DNA of 64,000 bases. Source: Octopus sinensis (lineage: Eukaryota). The notes under the pieces are model-generated. The model was not told the origin of the DNA and ran no database searches. It worked only from the letters and a program-made list of their open reading frames with translations. Shown in pieces: positions 55,080-62,470 of the stretch. Position 1 is the stretch's first letter. Every line of letters begins with the position of its first letter. Location: assembly GCF_006345805.1 (NCBI RefSeq), contig NC_043009.1, forward strand, positions 59,644,001 through 59,708,000, read 5' to 3'. A program made the translations under genes and the position numbers.

Positions 55080-58000
55080 GAATCAGGTGCGGAGGCACAA
55101 TGGCCCAGTGGTTAGGGCAGCAGACTCGTGGTCGGAGGATCACAGTTTCGATTCCCAGACCAGGTGTTGTCTGTGTTTATTGAACGAACACACCTAAAGC
55201 TCCACGAGGCTCCGGCAGGGGGTGGTGGCAATCCCTGCTGTACTCTTTCGCCCCAACTTTCTCTCACTCTTTCTTCCTGTTTCTTGAGTAATGCTGCGAT
55301 GGACTGGCATCCCGTCCATCTGAGGGAAACACATATGCTACAGAAACCAGGAAACTGGGCACATGAGCCTGGCTAGGCTTGAAAAGGGCGTACAAATAAA
55401 TAAATAAACATTAATCAGGTCACTGCCTGGAATCGAACTCGGAATCTTGGAGTTAGTAGCCTGCGCTCTTAACCACTACACCATATGCCCGTGACATTTG
55501 TTTACAAATAGTTTCTCAGTCGTTCTTTTACTTAGTACCCGCAATTCAGCCCCACCCCAAATGTGGTCAGACTGTACAACCCAGCTCTCCCTTTCATTGC
55601 AGGGATTCCCTCGTATGTCTTCTACTGCTACCCTCAACATCCATTTACTCGACGTGAATGACAACCCCCCAGAATTCGAGCACACCATGTACAAAGGCGA
55701 GGTCCGTGAAGACATTGGCATTGGCAGAGTATTGCAGGTGCTTGCTGCAAGCAAAGATGTCGGTGTGAATGCAGAAATATCTTACTACATCATCGCAGGC
55801 AACGAACAACATCGGTTCAAGATTGACAAAACCACAGGTACGTGTATGCTCCACTTGGCTTTCTATTACTACTACTACTACTATTACTACCTACACCATC
55901 ACTTCTACTACCATCACCACCATCACTACAACTACCATCACCACCACCACCTCTACCACTACTGCTACCACCACCACTACTGCTACCACCACTACTACTA
56001 CTACCACAACCTCTACTATTACTACTACTACCACCACCACCATCACTACTACTACCACTACCATCACCTCTATTACTACTACTACTACCACTACTACTAT
56101 CACCACCACCACCACTACCACCACCACCACTACAACCACCACCACCTCTACTACTATTACTACTACTACCACCACCACCACTACGACTAGCACCACTACA
56201 ACGACTACCACCACTACTACGACTACCACCACCATCACCACTACCACCACAGTGAAATTTGAACTCAGACCATAAAGACAGATGAAATATCGCTAAGCAT
56301 TTTGCCTGTCAGCTCACAGCCTTGTTATCCTAGGAACTTTTAAGCATTGAATGGTTATGGGAGTCCAATAGAGTCAAATACGAATCAAAAGATGCCCATA
56401 ATTTAAAAGATGACTAAGAACCACTGATTTAAAACATTCATTTAAAACCTACAAGTGTTTAATAACATACATACATTAAGTCTGTCATCATCATCATCAT
56501 CATCGTTTAACATCCGTTTTCCATGCTAGCATGTGTTGGACGGTTTGACCGGGGTCTAGGAAGCCAGGAGGCTGCATCAGGCTCCAGTCTGATCTGGCAG
56601 TGTTTCTACAGCTGGATGTCCTTCCTAATGCCAACCACTCCGTGAGTGTAGTGGGTGCTTTTTACCTGCCACTGGCACAGGTACCAGACGAGGCTGGCAA
56701 CGGCCACGATCGGTTGGTGCTTTTTAATTGTGTATTTTATTTGTAATTAGACAGGTTAATGTCATAACTCTTGTAAAATAAATTTACACAGCACTTACTT
56801 TAAATTCTACACAAAACCAAGAATATCTATCATCATCATCATCATTGTTTGACATCTGTCTTCCATGCTAGCATGGGTTGGACGGTTTGACAGGGACCTG
56901 CACAAGACTTCTGTGTCTGTTTTGGCAGAGTTCTTGCAGCTGGTTTGCTTTTCCTAACATCAGCCACCCAGCAGAGTGGACTGGGTGCTTTTTTTACATA
57001 GCACAAGCACAGTCAAGTTCAGTTTTGGCAAGGTTTTTACAGTTGGATGCCCTTCCAAAAGCCAACCACTTTACAGTGTGGACTGGATGCTTTTTATAAT
57101 TCAAAAACAAATTATGGGGTTTTATTGTTGTTACAGTTTAGCTCCAAATTGGCCCTTAATTCAGCAGACCTATTATCAAGCATGTTATAGCTTTGACTGC
57201 CTTATTTAGACATTAGTGTATCTAGGACTACATTTTCTAATGTGTTCAAAACAAGACCTTTCATCATAGGTCTGTTTGATATGAGCCGGACTGGGATTCA
57301 ACAACAAGTATTCTCACTCACAAACACATGTACACATATGCACACACAACTACACACACACACAGATATGGGGTGTGGAGGCACATGGCCTAGTGGTTAG
57401 AGCAACGGACCCGCAGTTGAGGAATCGCGGGTTCGAATCCCAGACCAGGCGATGTGTGTATTTATGAGCGAAACACCTAAGTTCCACGCGGCTCCGACAG
57501 AAGGTAATGGCGAACTTCTGCTGACTCTTTTGCCTCAACTTTCTCTCACTCTTTCCTCCTGCATCTTGCAGCTCACCTGCGACAGACCGGTATCCTGTCC
57601 AGGTGGGGAACCTATATGCCAAGGAAACCAGGAAACCGGCCCTTATGAGCCAGGCATGGCTCGAGAAGGAACAAAAAATAGATATGGGGTATGAGTGAAA
57701 GAAACAAGGCTCAAGTCAACCTTTGAAAACTTTGTATGAGAAAACTAATTGTCTTTTTTTTTTGTACTCTTTCTTCCTCACTTTTATTAGTTCCAGAATT
57801 TTAATCTAATGTTTAATTTAGTTGATTTTGCTGGAAATAACATAATTTAATGAATTTATTTTATTTTATTTTGCTTTGTTTTTTTAGGTGTCTTATATGT
57901 CAACAAACCTCTTGACCATGAACTAACTCGAGAATATTTCTTGACAATCGAGGCCCGAGACGGAGGAACGCCATCGTTAAGCAATACGGCAGTGGCAGCA

Positions 58001-58490
58001 ATCAATGTCACTGACATCAACGACTGCCCTCCACACTTCTCGCAAGACGTCTATTCCATCCGACTTCTTGAGTCCGAACCTGTTGGTAACACAAGCCTGA
58101 GAATCGTGGCAGCTGATGCAGATAGTGAACCAAACGCTATGATTACCTACATTATCAACAGTGGTGACATAGCTGACCAGTTTGACATAGAGCAGACCTT
58201 TGGATACCTGAGCATCAAATCTGCATTGGACAGAGAGAAAGTAAGTCTTTAGCGATCTCTCTTTTACTCTCGTTTACTCTCTTTTACTTGTTTCAGTCAT
58301 TTGACTGTGGCCATGCTGGAGCACCACCTTTAATCGAGCAAATCGACCCCAGGATTTATTCTATGTAAGCCTAGTACTTATTCTATTGGCCTCTTTTTGC
58401 CAAACCGCTAAGTTACAGGGACATAAACACACCAGCATCGGTTGTCAAGCGATGTTGTGGGGACAAACACAGACACACAAACACATACAC

Positions 58491-58551
<61 letters not shown>

Positions 58552-59055
58552 CTCTTTACTCTTTTACTTGTTTCAGTCATTTGACTGTGGTCATGCTGGA
58601 GCACCACCTTTAGTCGAGCAAATTGACCCCGGGACTTATTCTTTGTAAGCCTAGTACTTATTCTAGCGGGCTCTTTTTGCCGAACCGCTATGTTACGGGA
58701 ATGTAAACACACCAACATCGGTTTTCAAACGATGTTGCGGGGGAACAAACACACATACACGCATACTTATTATTACTAGGTCCCGAGCTGGGCCAGACTA
58801 AGGATTTTGGTGCCCAAAGCCATCCCTATAATGCTCATCCCTTTCTCCCAGTCCTACAACGATAACTTTATCGTAGTCTCCTCTCTCACTCTCACATTCT
58901 CTTTATTTCAGATTTCCAGCTACAACCTCGAAGTCCTTGCTGTGGACAGTGGCTATCCTCAGTTGACCGGTACAACAACACTCTCTATTGAAATACAAGA
59001 CATTAATGATTGTCCACCACGTTTTAGCCAGCCTGCATATTCTGTAGCTGTTCAG
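15376..59055 (+). CDS. FAT1: Fat-like giant cadherin (FAT1/2/3 / Drosophila kugelei type), partial gene. 21 coding exons in the window join to 7058 nt (about 2350 aa, about 22 EC repeats); both gene ends are outside the window.
   Basis: Exons 15376-15690, 22669-22730, 26014-26316, 29203-29416, 29762-29901, 31035-31242, 32547-32822, 33983-35478, 36801-36978, 38828-39049, 44931-45052, 45967-46789, 47789-47997, 48402-48546, 50019-51088, 51836-51995, 52522-52755, 54083-54231, 55603-55837, 57888-58240, 58912-59055. All are AG..GT bounded with consistent phases and no stops. Repeated LDRE/LDYE, AxDxD and DxNDN motifs. The peptides [35 protein letters not shown] and [19 protein letters not shown] resemble FAT1/kug as I recall them. 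Confidence 0.93.
16340..16455 (+). repeat. AT-rich dispersed repeat, unclassified; second copy at 47340-47455
   Basis: aaaaa(c)accttttatcaattcaa..atgaaa...aattaaatta...aatgatt.agta at both sites. Confidence 0.65.
17802..18134. repeat. Fold-back / MITE-like inverted repeat
   Basis: catataaaatacaatgtaca...aacagctaaagtccaaaccactaattaggga pairs with tccctaattagtggtttggactttagctgtt...tgtacattgtattttatatg. Confidence 0.85.
19144..19460 (+). mobile_element. SINE family D (tRNA-derived); other copies at 23352-23655, 37109-37408, 43694-44010, 54569-54870 and 57377-57680
   Basis: A box tggcccagtgg, B box ggtttcgattcc, shared body with gcgatggactggcgtcccgtccag, and (AAT)n/(AAC)n tails. Confidence 0.88.
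19690..20282 (-). mobile_element. 5'-truncated RTE LINE (ORF end plus 3' UTR)
   Basis: Minus strand [23 protein letters not shown] followed by the same UTR. Confidence 0.82.
20336..20751 (+). mobile_element. SINE family A, full length
   Basis: aggagtggctgtgtggtaagtagc ... gactgaaacaaataaaagagtaaaagag tail. Confidence 0.88.
22669..22730 (+). CDS. FAT1: Fat-like cadherin exon 2 (62 nt, phase 1->0)
   Basis: tctttcag|GTCAAATC ... CTGACG|gtgaga; [21 protein letters not shown]. Confidence 0.92.
25410..25980. repeat. Degenerate (CA/CATA/CTCA)n tract directly upstream of exon 3
   Basis: Read directly from the sequence. Confidence 0.92.
26014..26316 (+). CDS. FAT1: Fat-like cadherin exon 3 (303 nt, phase 0->0)
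   Basis: ttgaccag|GTCACA ... TTTATT|gtgagt; [31 protein letters not shown]... Confidence 0.94.
26596..26790 (-). mobile_element. Mariner transposon 3' end
   Basis: TA|CGAGGGTGAGTCAAAAAGTAATGC TIR; minus strand [25 protein letters not shown]. Confidence 0.82.
27717..28206. mobile_element. Tc1/mariner-pogo-type MITE (490 nt); a lone related TIR lies at 47117-47165
   Basis: TA|CTGTAAATCCTCAAGTATAGTCC ... GGATTATACTCAAGGATTTACGG|TTA imperfect TIRs. Confidence 0.78.
28655..29147 (-). mobile_element. RTE-clade LINE RT C-terminus and 3' end (frameshifted)
   Basis: [32 protein letters not shown] / [27 protein letters not shown]...[11 protein letters not shown]...LLWKP / [11 protein letters not shown]. 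Confidence 0.88.
29203..29416 (+). CDS. FAT1: Fat-like cadherin exon 4 (214 nt, phase 0->1)
   Basis: tttccag|GTAAAA ... ATCGAGG|gtaagt; [22 protein letters not shown]...DKIWYSIE. Confidence 0.93.
29762..29901 (+). CDS. FAT1: Fat-like cadherin exon 5 (140 nt, phase 1->0)
   Basis: attgcag|ATGGTAAT ... GCATGG|gtaagt; [47 protein letters not shown]. Confidence 0.93.
30450..30835. repeat. 16-bp minisatellite (CAACACACCATTCCTC), degenerate
   Basis: Best-preserved consecutive units at about 30700-30835. Confidence 0.85.
31035..31242 (+). CDS. FAT1: Fat-like cadherin exon 6 (208 nt, phase 0->1)
   Basis: tatcgcag|CTTGAA ... GAAACTG|gttagt; [22 protein letters not shown]...FHIDSETG. Confidence 0.94.
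31280..32205. repeat. (CTA)n tract (31280-31620) and (ATT/ATC)n tract (31845-32205)
   Basis: Read directly from the sequence. Confidence 0.95.
32547..32822 (+). CDS. FAT1: Fat-like cadherin exon 7 (276 nt, phase 1->1)
   Basis: tttgtag|GTGTAATA ... TTATCAG|gtagcc; [27 protein letters not shown]...DNNDHSPEF...YSILSG. Confidence 0.93.
32925..33220 (-). mobile_element. tRNA-derived CORE-like SINE; related + strand copy at 8201-8440
   Basis: Minus strand tggtttagtgg ... gagttcgattcc ... tgtgtccttcagcaaaacattttatttcac. Confidence 0.7.
33291..33554 (+). mobile_element. RTE-clade LINE RT C-terminus (a second RTE lineage)
   Basis: [61 protein letters not shown]...[14 protein letters not shown]. Confidence 0.78.
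33983..35478 (+). CDS. FAT1: Fat-like cadherin exon 8 (1496 nt, phase 1->0)
   Basis: ttacgcag|GGAATACA ... AAACAG|gtaaat; about 4.7 EC repeats in the 509-aa track ORF. Confidence 0.97.
35751..36153 (-). mobile_element. SINE family A, full length
   Basis: Reverse complement of the family A consensus. Confidence 0.85.
36801..36978 (+). CDS. FAT1: Fat-like cadherin exon 9 (178 nt, phase 0->1)
   Basis: tttcacag|ATTTCA ... GATAATG|gtaagt; [21 protein letters not shown]...AADNG. Confidence 0.93.
38051..38500 (+). mobile_element. Family B SINE split by an RTE 3' UTR insertion (38142-38380, minus strand)
   Basis: ...gactttgcctttcatccc[ttcatcatcat...RTE UTR...]tcggggtcgataaattaag... Confidence 0.8.
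38828..39049 (+). CDS. FAT1: Fat-like cadherin exon 10 (222 nt, phase 1->1)
   Basis: attccag|GTGAAATT ... AACACAG|gtaaga; [35 protein letters not shown]...VDFNTG. Confidence 0.92.
39532..39567 (-). ncRNA. Minimal type-I hammerhead ribozyme motif
   Basis: TTTT CTGATGA A GGAC-tagt-GTCC GAAA T GTC^ AAGA. Canonical core, 4-bp stem II with tetraloop, GUC cleavage triplet, 4-bp stem I with one G-U pair. Confidence 0.7.
41133..41340. mobile_element. Decayed pogo/Tigger-like MITE embedded in (TA)n
   Basis: ta|ctgtaatccctc ... gcgataggtgaaccg...ggaattgctgca|ta. Confidence 0.5.
42350..42530. repeat. About 31-bp tandem repeat, roughly 6 diverged units
   Basis: ctct(a/g)tagccactaccctac/tttattcaaac units. 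Confidence 0.7.
44931..45052 (+). CDS. FAT1: Fat-like cadherin exon 11 (122 nt, phase 1->0)
   Basis: gttgcag|GCGTTG ... ATAATG|gtatgg; [29 protein letters not shown]... Confidence 0.93.
45967..46789 (+). CDS. FAT1: Fat-like cadherin exon 12 (823 nt, phase 0->1)
   Basis: ttgttag|GATGTCAACGAC ... GACACAG|gtaaat; DVNDCNPEF...DLNDNAPTF...RIDADTG. Confidence 0.96.
47621..47693. repeat. Near-perfect 73-nt palindrome / hairpin
   Basis: 29-nt arms (47621-47649 and 47665-47693) are perfectly complementary; the inner tgacca-t-tggtca also pairs. Confidence 0.9.
47789..47997 (+). CDS. FAT1: Fat-like cadherin exon 13 (209 nt, phase 1->0)
   Basis: aaacag|GAGAATTA ... GTCCAG|gtgaga; [17 protein letters not shown]...DQNDNLPQF. 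Confidence 0.94.
48402..48546 (+). CDS. FAT1: Fat-like cadherin exon 14 (145 nt, phase 0->1)
   Basis: gtatccag|GTAAAAGCT ... GAAAAAG|gtaagt; [18 protein letters not shown]...[17 protein letters not shown]. Confidence 0.93.
48998..49800 (+). mobile_element. RTE 3' end with an internal tandem duplication of about 330 nt
   Basis: gaagacc(t/c)(t/g)ttgaggcaagtgaaaatc... occurs at about 48999 and 49331; an ORF-end fragment agacccggcaag lies between them. Confidence 0.8.
50019..51088 (+). CDS. FAT1: Fat-like cadherin exon 15 (1070 nt, phase 1->0)
   Basis: ttttccag|CAAACCAA ... TCAAAG|gtaata; [15 protein letters not shown]...three DxND linkers...[11 protein letters not shown]. Confidence 0.97.
51836..51995 (+). 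CDS. FAT1: Fat-like cadherin exon 16 (160 nt, phase 0->1)
   Basis: cacacag|ATGTTT ... CATACAG|gtaggt; [41 protein letters not shown]...TG. Confidence 0.9.
52522..52755 (+). CDS. FAT1: Fat-like cadherin exon 17 (234 nt, phase 1->1); not present in the ORF track
   Basis: ttttacag|GTGTACTG ... GATGCTG|gtaagt; manual translation [49 protein letters not shown]...ATDRDAG. Confidence 0.95.
54083..54231 (+). CDS. FAT1: Fat-like cadherin exon 18 (149 nt, phase 1->0)
   Basis: gctgtag|GTGTAAGT ... GACAAG|gtaggt; [10 protein letters not shown]...[19 protein letters not shown]. Confidence 0.93.
54951..54996 (-). ncRNA. Minimal type-I hammerhead ribozyme motif (Penelope-type), probably weakened by one stem I mismatch
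   Basis: GACAC CTGATGA A GGCTG-gagggtatat-CAGCC GAAA C GTT^ CTGTT. Intact CUGAUGA and GAAA core, 5-bp stem II, palindromic AACGTT in place of stem III. Stem I has a C-C mismatch next to the core. Confidence 0.7.
55089..55412 (+). mobile_element. Family D SINE inserted into the HHR-bearing element
   Basis: Full head-to-tail copy with an 8-nt TSD AATCAGGT. Confidence 0.85.
55603..55837 (+). CDS. FAT1: Fat-like cadherin exon 19 (235 nt, phase 0->1)
   Basis: attgcag|GGATTC ... ACCACAG|gtacgt; [25 protein letters not shown]...KIDKTTG. Confidence 0.95.
55860..56250. repeat. (CAC/TAC)n trinucleotide tract
   Basis: Read directly from the sequence. Confidence 0.95.
57888..58240 (+). CDS. FAT1: Fat-like cadherin exon 20 (353 nt, phase 1->0)
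   Basis: tttttag|GTGTCTTA ... GAGAAA|gtaagt; [27 protein letters not shown]...DINDCPPHF...LDREK. Confidence 0.95.
58262..58765 (-). mobile_element. Two tandem family A SINE 3' halves
   Basis: 'tactcttttacttgtttcagtcatttgactg...' occurs at about 58270 and 58552. Confidence 0.85.
58912..59055 (+). CDS. FAT1: Fat-like cadherin exon 21 (144 nt, phase 0->0); last exon visible in the window
   Basis: atttcag|ATTTCC ... GTTCAG|gtaaga; [20 protein letters not shown]...[19 protein letters not shown]. Confidence 0.94.
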
Positions 59056-59116
59056 GTAAGAGGAATCCTTGCCTTTATAAATTGTGCTCTATTGTTTGTG
59101 TGAGCAGTTTACATAA

Positions 59117-59632
59117 CTCTAAGGAATTAAAAGGCTTATATATATTTATATATATAAGGTAAACACAAATGTTATTTAAAATTTATAAAAGCTGTTTCAG
59201 TAGAATATTATTTATTCAATGCAGTCGTAATAGAGTACATCAGAATATATAATCCACTATCATCAGACACAATTTCTAGCCATTTGGTGGGGTCCTACAA
59301 GTTGATGTACTTTGATTTTTATGATTCCTTATAACAAAATTATACACATACATATATATATATACATATATATAGTTCTAGCTCTAAGGAATTAAAAGGT
59401 TTATATATATAAAATAAACACAAATGCTATTTAAAATTTATAAAGGCTGTTTCAGTAAAATATTATTTATTCAATGCAGTTATAATAGAGTACATCAGAA
59501 TATATAATCCACTATCATCAGACACAATTTCTAGCATTTGTGGGGTCCTACAAGTTGATCTACTTTAATTTTTATGAAGCCTTATAACAAAATTATACAC
59601 ATACATATATATATATACATATATATAGTTCT
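59117..59632. repeat. Tandem duplication, 2 x about 260 nt
   Basis: ctctaaggaattaaaagg at 59117 and 59382; both units end tatatagttct. Confidence 0.92.
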
Positions 59633-60590
59633 GCACATAGGTTTACTTTCACTGTGCAAGTAGTGTATATATGTGGGATGGTAGCTAAACGTATATGAAA
59701 GTGAACTGGTCATTTTGTTGTCTTCTTCTTCACCATACCACGCACTCTTCAAATATACATTCTTTCTCTCGTCACACTACCTCACGGCATGTTCTCACTG
59801 CCACGCTACCGTTCACGCTGCCACATGACCGAGTAATATGTTAAGACTACCACACCGCAGCACTTTATACAACATATCATCACTGCTACACTGCATTTTA
59901 CACTGCCACATCTTCACACAGTACCCACCCTGGTACTCTGTACTGCCACAAAACACGTCCACACTGTAAGACATGTCCACTCTCCCTCTCCTACACTACA
60001 CTTCCGTGCAACATCACACATGAACACATGCTACATCACCAAACATCTATACTTAACCCCTTGACGCCGGTATTGTAGGATAGGTTTGAGAGGTCAGATC
60101 TGGCCCCTTTTAACATAAAACAGGTTGGCTATTTTGGATGGATATGGCCAGTTTAAATGCTAAAGGCTATCCAACTTTTTCTACTACACCCTCTCCTCAC
60201 ACATGTCCTAACAACACCACAGTACACACTATACAAGCCAATGAGGGAACTTCTATACCAGGGGTTCTCGACAGGGATCCATATGGCTACTGAGGGTCCC
60301 TATAAGATTTTGCAGGGGTCCACACAGCAGAATAGTAAATTGGAGATCCATAATAGAATTTTAAAGGACCCAGAAAAAATTTCGTTATAGATGAGCCTCA
60401 CATTGGGCTCCACAGAGACAATGTGGTCAATGCTGGTGTCGACAAACAACCCCTGTAATAACAACAACAAACCGCATAATACAGGAGTTCTCAATTACTT
60501 TCCAGTGTTTCTGTTTATTACTCCAAGAAGCATGAAAATGTGAGCCTTCCAGACCAAGATTTGATCCCTATAATTACAAGTTACATATAT

Positions 60591-61000
60591 ACTCTTTTAC
60601 TCTTTTACTTGTTTCAGTCATTTGACTGCGGCCATGCTGGAGCACCGCCTTTAATCGAGCAACTCAACCCCGGGACTTATTCTTTGTAAGCCCAGTACTT
60701 ATTCTATCGGTCTCTTTTGCCGAACCGCTAAGTGACGGGGACATAAACACACCAGCATTGGTTGTCAAGCAATGCTAGGGGGACAAACACAGACACACAA
60801 ACACACACACACACACATATATATATACATATATACGACGGGCTTCTTTCAGTTTCCGTCTACCAAATCCACTCACAAGGCTCTGGTCGGCCTGAGGCTA
60901 TAGTAGAAGACACTTTCCCAAGGTGCCACGCAGTGGGACTGAACCTGGAACCATATGGTTGGCAAAGCAAGCTACTTACCACACAGCCACTCCTGCGCCT
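60591..61000 (-). mobile_element. SINE family A, full length, low divergence
   Basis: Near-identical to the reverse complement of 20336-20751. Confidence 0.9.
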
Positions 61001-61403
61001 ATATCTTCGTCTGGAACTGACATGTTACCATATAACTGTCTGTTTATCACTCAGTTCTCACTGGACCACTGCCTCTCCTTCTCTCTTTCTCTTTCTTTCT
61101 TTCTTTGAGAAAACGCTCTTTGATATTGCAAGCAGTGACCCTCCCTTTCCACAGAATTAAAAGATCCTATTTCATTGGTAGTCTGTCTCATGATCTGAGG
61201 TTTGGGAAAATCTTAGTGGAATACGAGGACTATGTAGCTATTTGTGGGTGGAGGGGCATCCTTATTACATCATTGAATGTGTGTGCATATAAATGTAAAC
61301 TTCATATGTATATATATATATGTATGTATTTATATATATGTACATATATATATATGATCAAAATATATATGATCAAAATATATATATGATCAAAATATAT
61401 ATG

Positions 61404-61660
61404 ATCAAAATAAGCAACAAGGATATCCAAGGTAGTGTAGTACAATCGTTTCATGCTACTTCATTTAATTAAACAATGTAAGTATTACTAACATTGTTTA
61501 ATTAAATGAAGTAGCATGAAACGATTGTACTATGCTACTTTGGATATCCTTGTTGCGTATTTTGATTATAATCACCACATTTGATTTATATGGATAATAC
61601 CATACCAAATTTAACTTAAGTACCATATTCATCTGAATCTAAATTTTGCTGAACTTATAT
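61404..61660. repeat. Dispersed element with a long terminal hairpin; second copy, inverted and with a collapsed hairpin, at 35580-35735
   Basis: 76-nt arms at 61404-61479 and 61491-61566. The body 61560-61660 is the reverse complement of 35581-35690. Confidence 0.82.
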
Positions 61661-61849
61661 ATGTATGTATATATGTATGTATGCAAATGTATGTATATAT
61701 CTACAGTTTTATTCATGAGAACCAATGTTAATATCTACATCTGTGTAAATACACTCACACACATCTACAGCTTTCCTTTCAAGTACATCGAATGCAAAAA
61801 TGATGACTATAATAAGGTCCACAGTGTATATGTTATATATCTGTTCAAA

Positions 61850-62070
61850 TATACATAGATGTCCATAGATGTCAAATATGTGTTTATATACTGTCCATTG
61901 CTATCAAATATATGTATATTTTGTCCAGAGCTGTCAAGTGTGTGTATGTGTCCATTGCTGTCAGTGTATATATATTGCTCATTGCCATCATATGCGTGTA
62001 TATATTGACCATTGCTATTAAATGTGTGTACTTTGTCCATTGCTATTTAAGATATATGTATATATATTTG
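61850..62070. repeat. About 30-bp degenerate tandem repeat
   Basis: gtccattgct(a/g)t recurs about every 30 nt. Confidence 0.65.
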
Positions 62071-62470
62071 TCGAATAAAATGTTTGTCATATATCTCTTA
62101 TGTGGATTGGTCAGTTCTGAGGTCTAAAGTCCAGCTTCTTTCTCATGCCTGTCTGTGTTTGGCAAAAACCCTTTCATTGATGCATTTACCGAAATCTAAG
62201 CTTATCATTGTATATAAGGACACAGGAAAAATGTGTCAAAGCCATCAGGAGGCGTCGATGCTTCCTTGGGCTAAACAGCAGTGGTGTAATTCCCTACTGT
62301 CACGTTTGTGTTAGATTGACAGTATACAACCATTCTATCGCCCCACCACCGTACATGTCTCTACAAGAGACTTAGAAATTTAGTATTTCTAAGCTTATCA
62401 TTGAATCAGTGAAAACCTAACGAGGTTTTTATTCAAAAGAACTTAAATTTCCAGTTATAATTATTATCGT

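Larger units (their letters stand above)
54891..55493 (-). mobile_element. tRNA-headed SINE-like element carrying a minimal hammerhead ribozyme, interrupted by a family D SINE
   Basis: Minus strand: A box TGGTGTAGTGG (55483-55473), B box GAGTTCGATTCC (55440-55429), (AAT)n linker, HHR at 54996-54951 and an (AATGTAAAT)x3-type tail at 54917-54891. The + strand SINE D insertion is flanked by an 8-nt duplication AATCAGGT (55081-55088 and 55413-55420). Confidence 0.75.

Noticed and set aside
55420-55493. Possible tRNA gene (also the heads at 19144, 43694 and 33140-33220)
   Set aside because: A and B boxes are present but the acceptor and anticodon stems do not close into a cloverleaf, and each head continues into a repeat body, so these are SINE heads.
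55769-56275. Mucin-like poly-Thr ORF (similar cases at 9437-9860 and 11218-11748)
   Set aside because: It overlaps exon 19 out of frame and then runs through a (CAC/TAC)n tract; it is a low-complexity artefact.
15376-59055. Cephalopod clustered protocadherin array
   Set aside because: The exons splice into one continuous frame of about 22 repeats with no signal peptides or transmembrane segments between them; protocadherins have only 6-7 repeats each.
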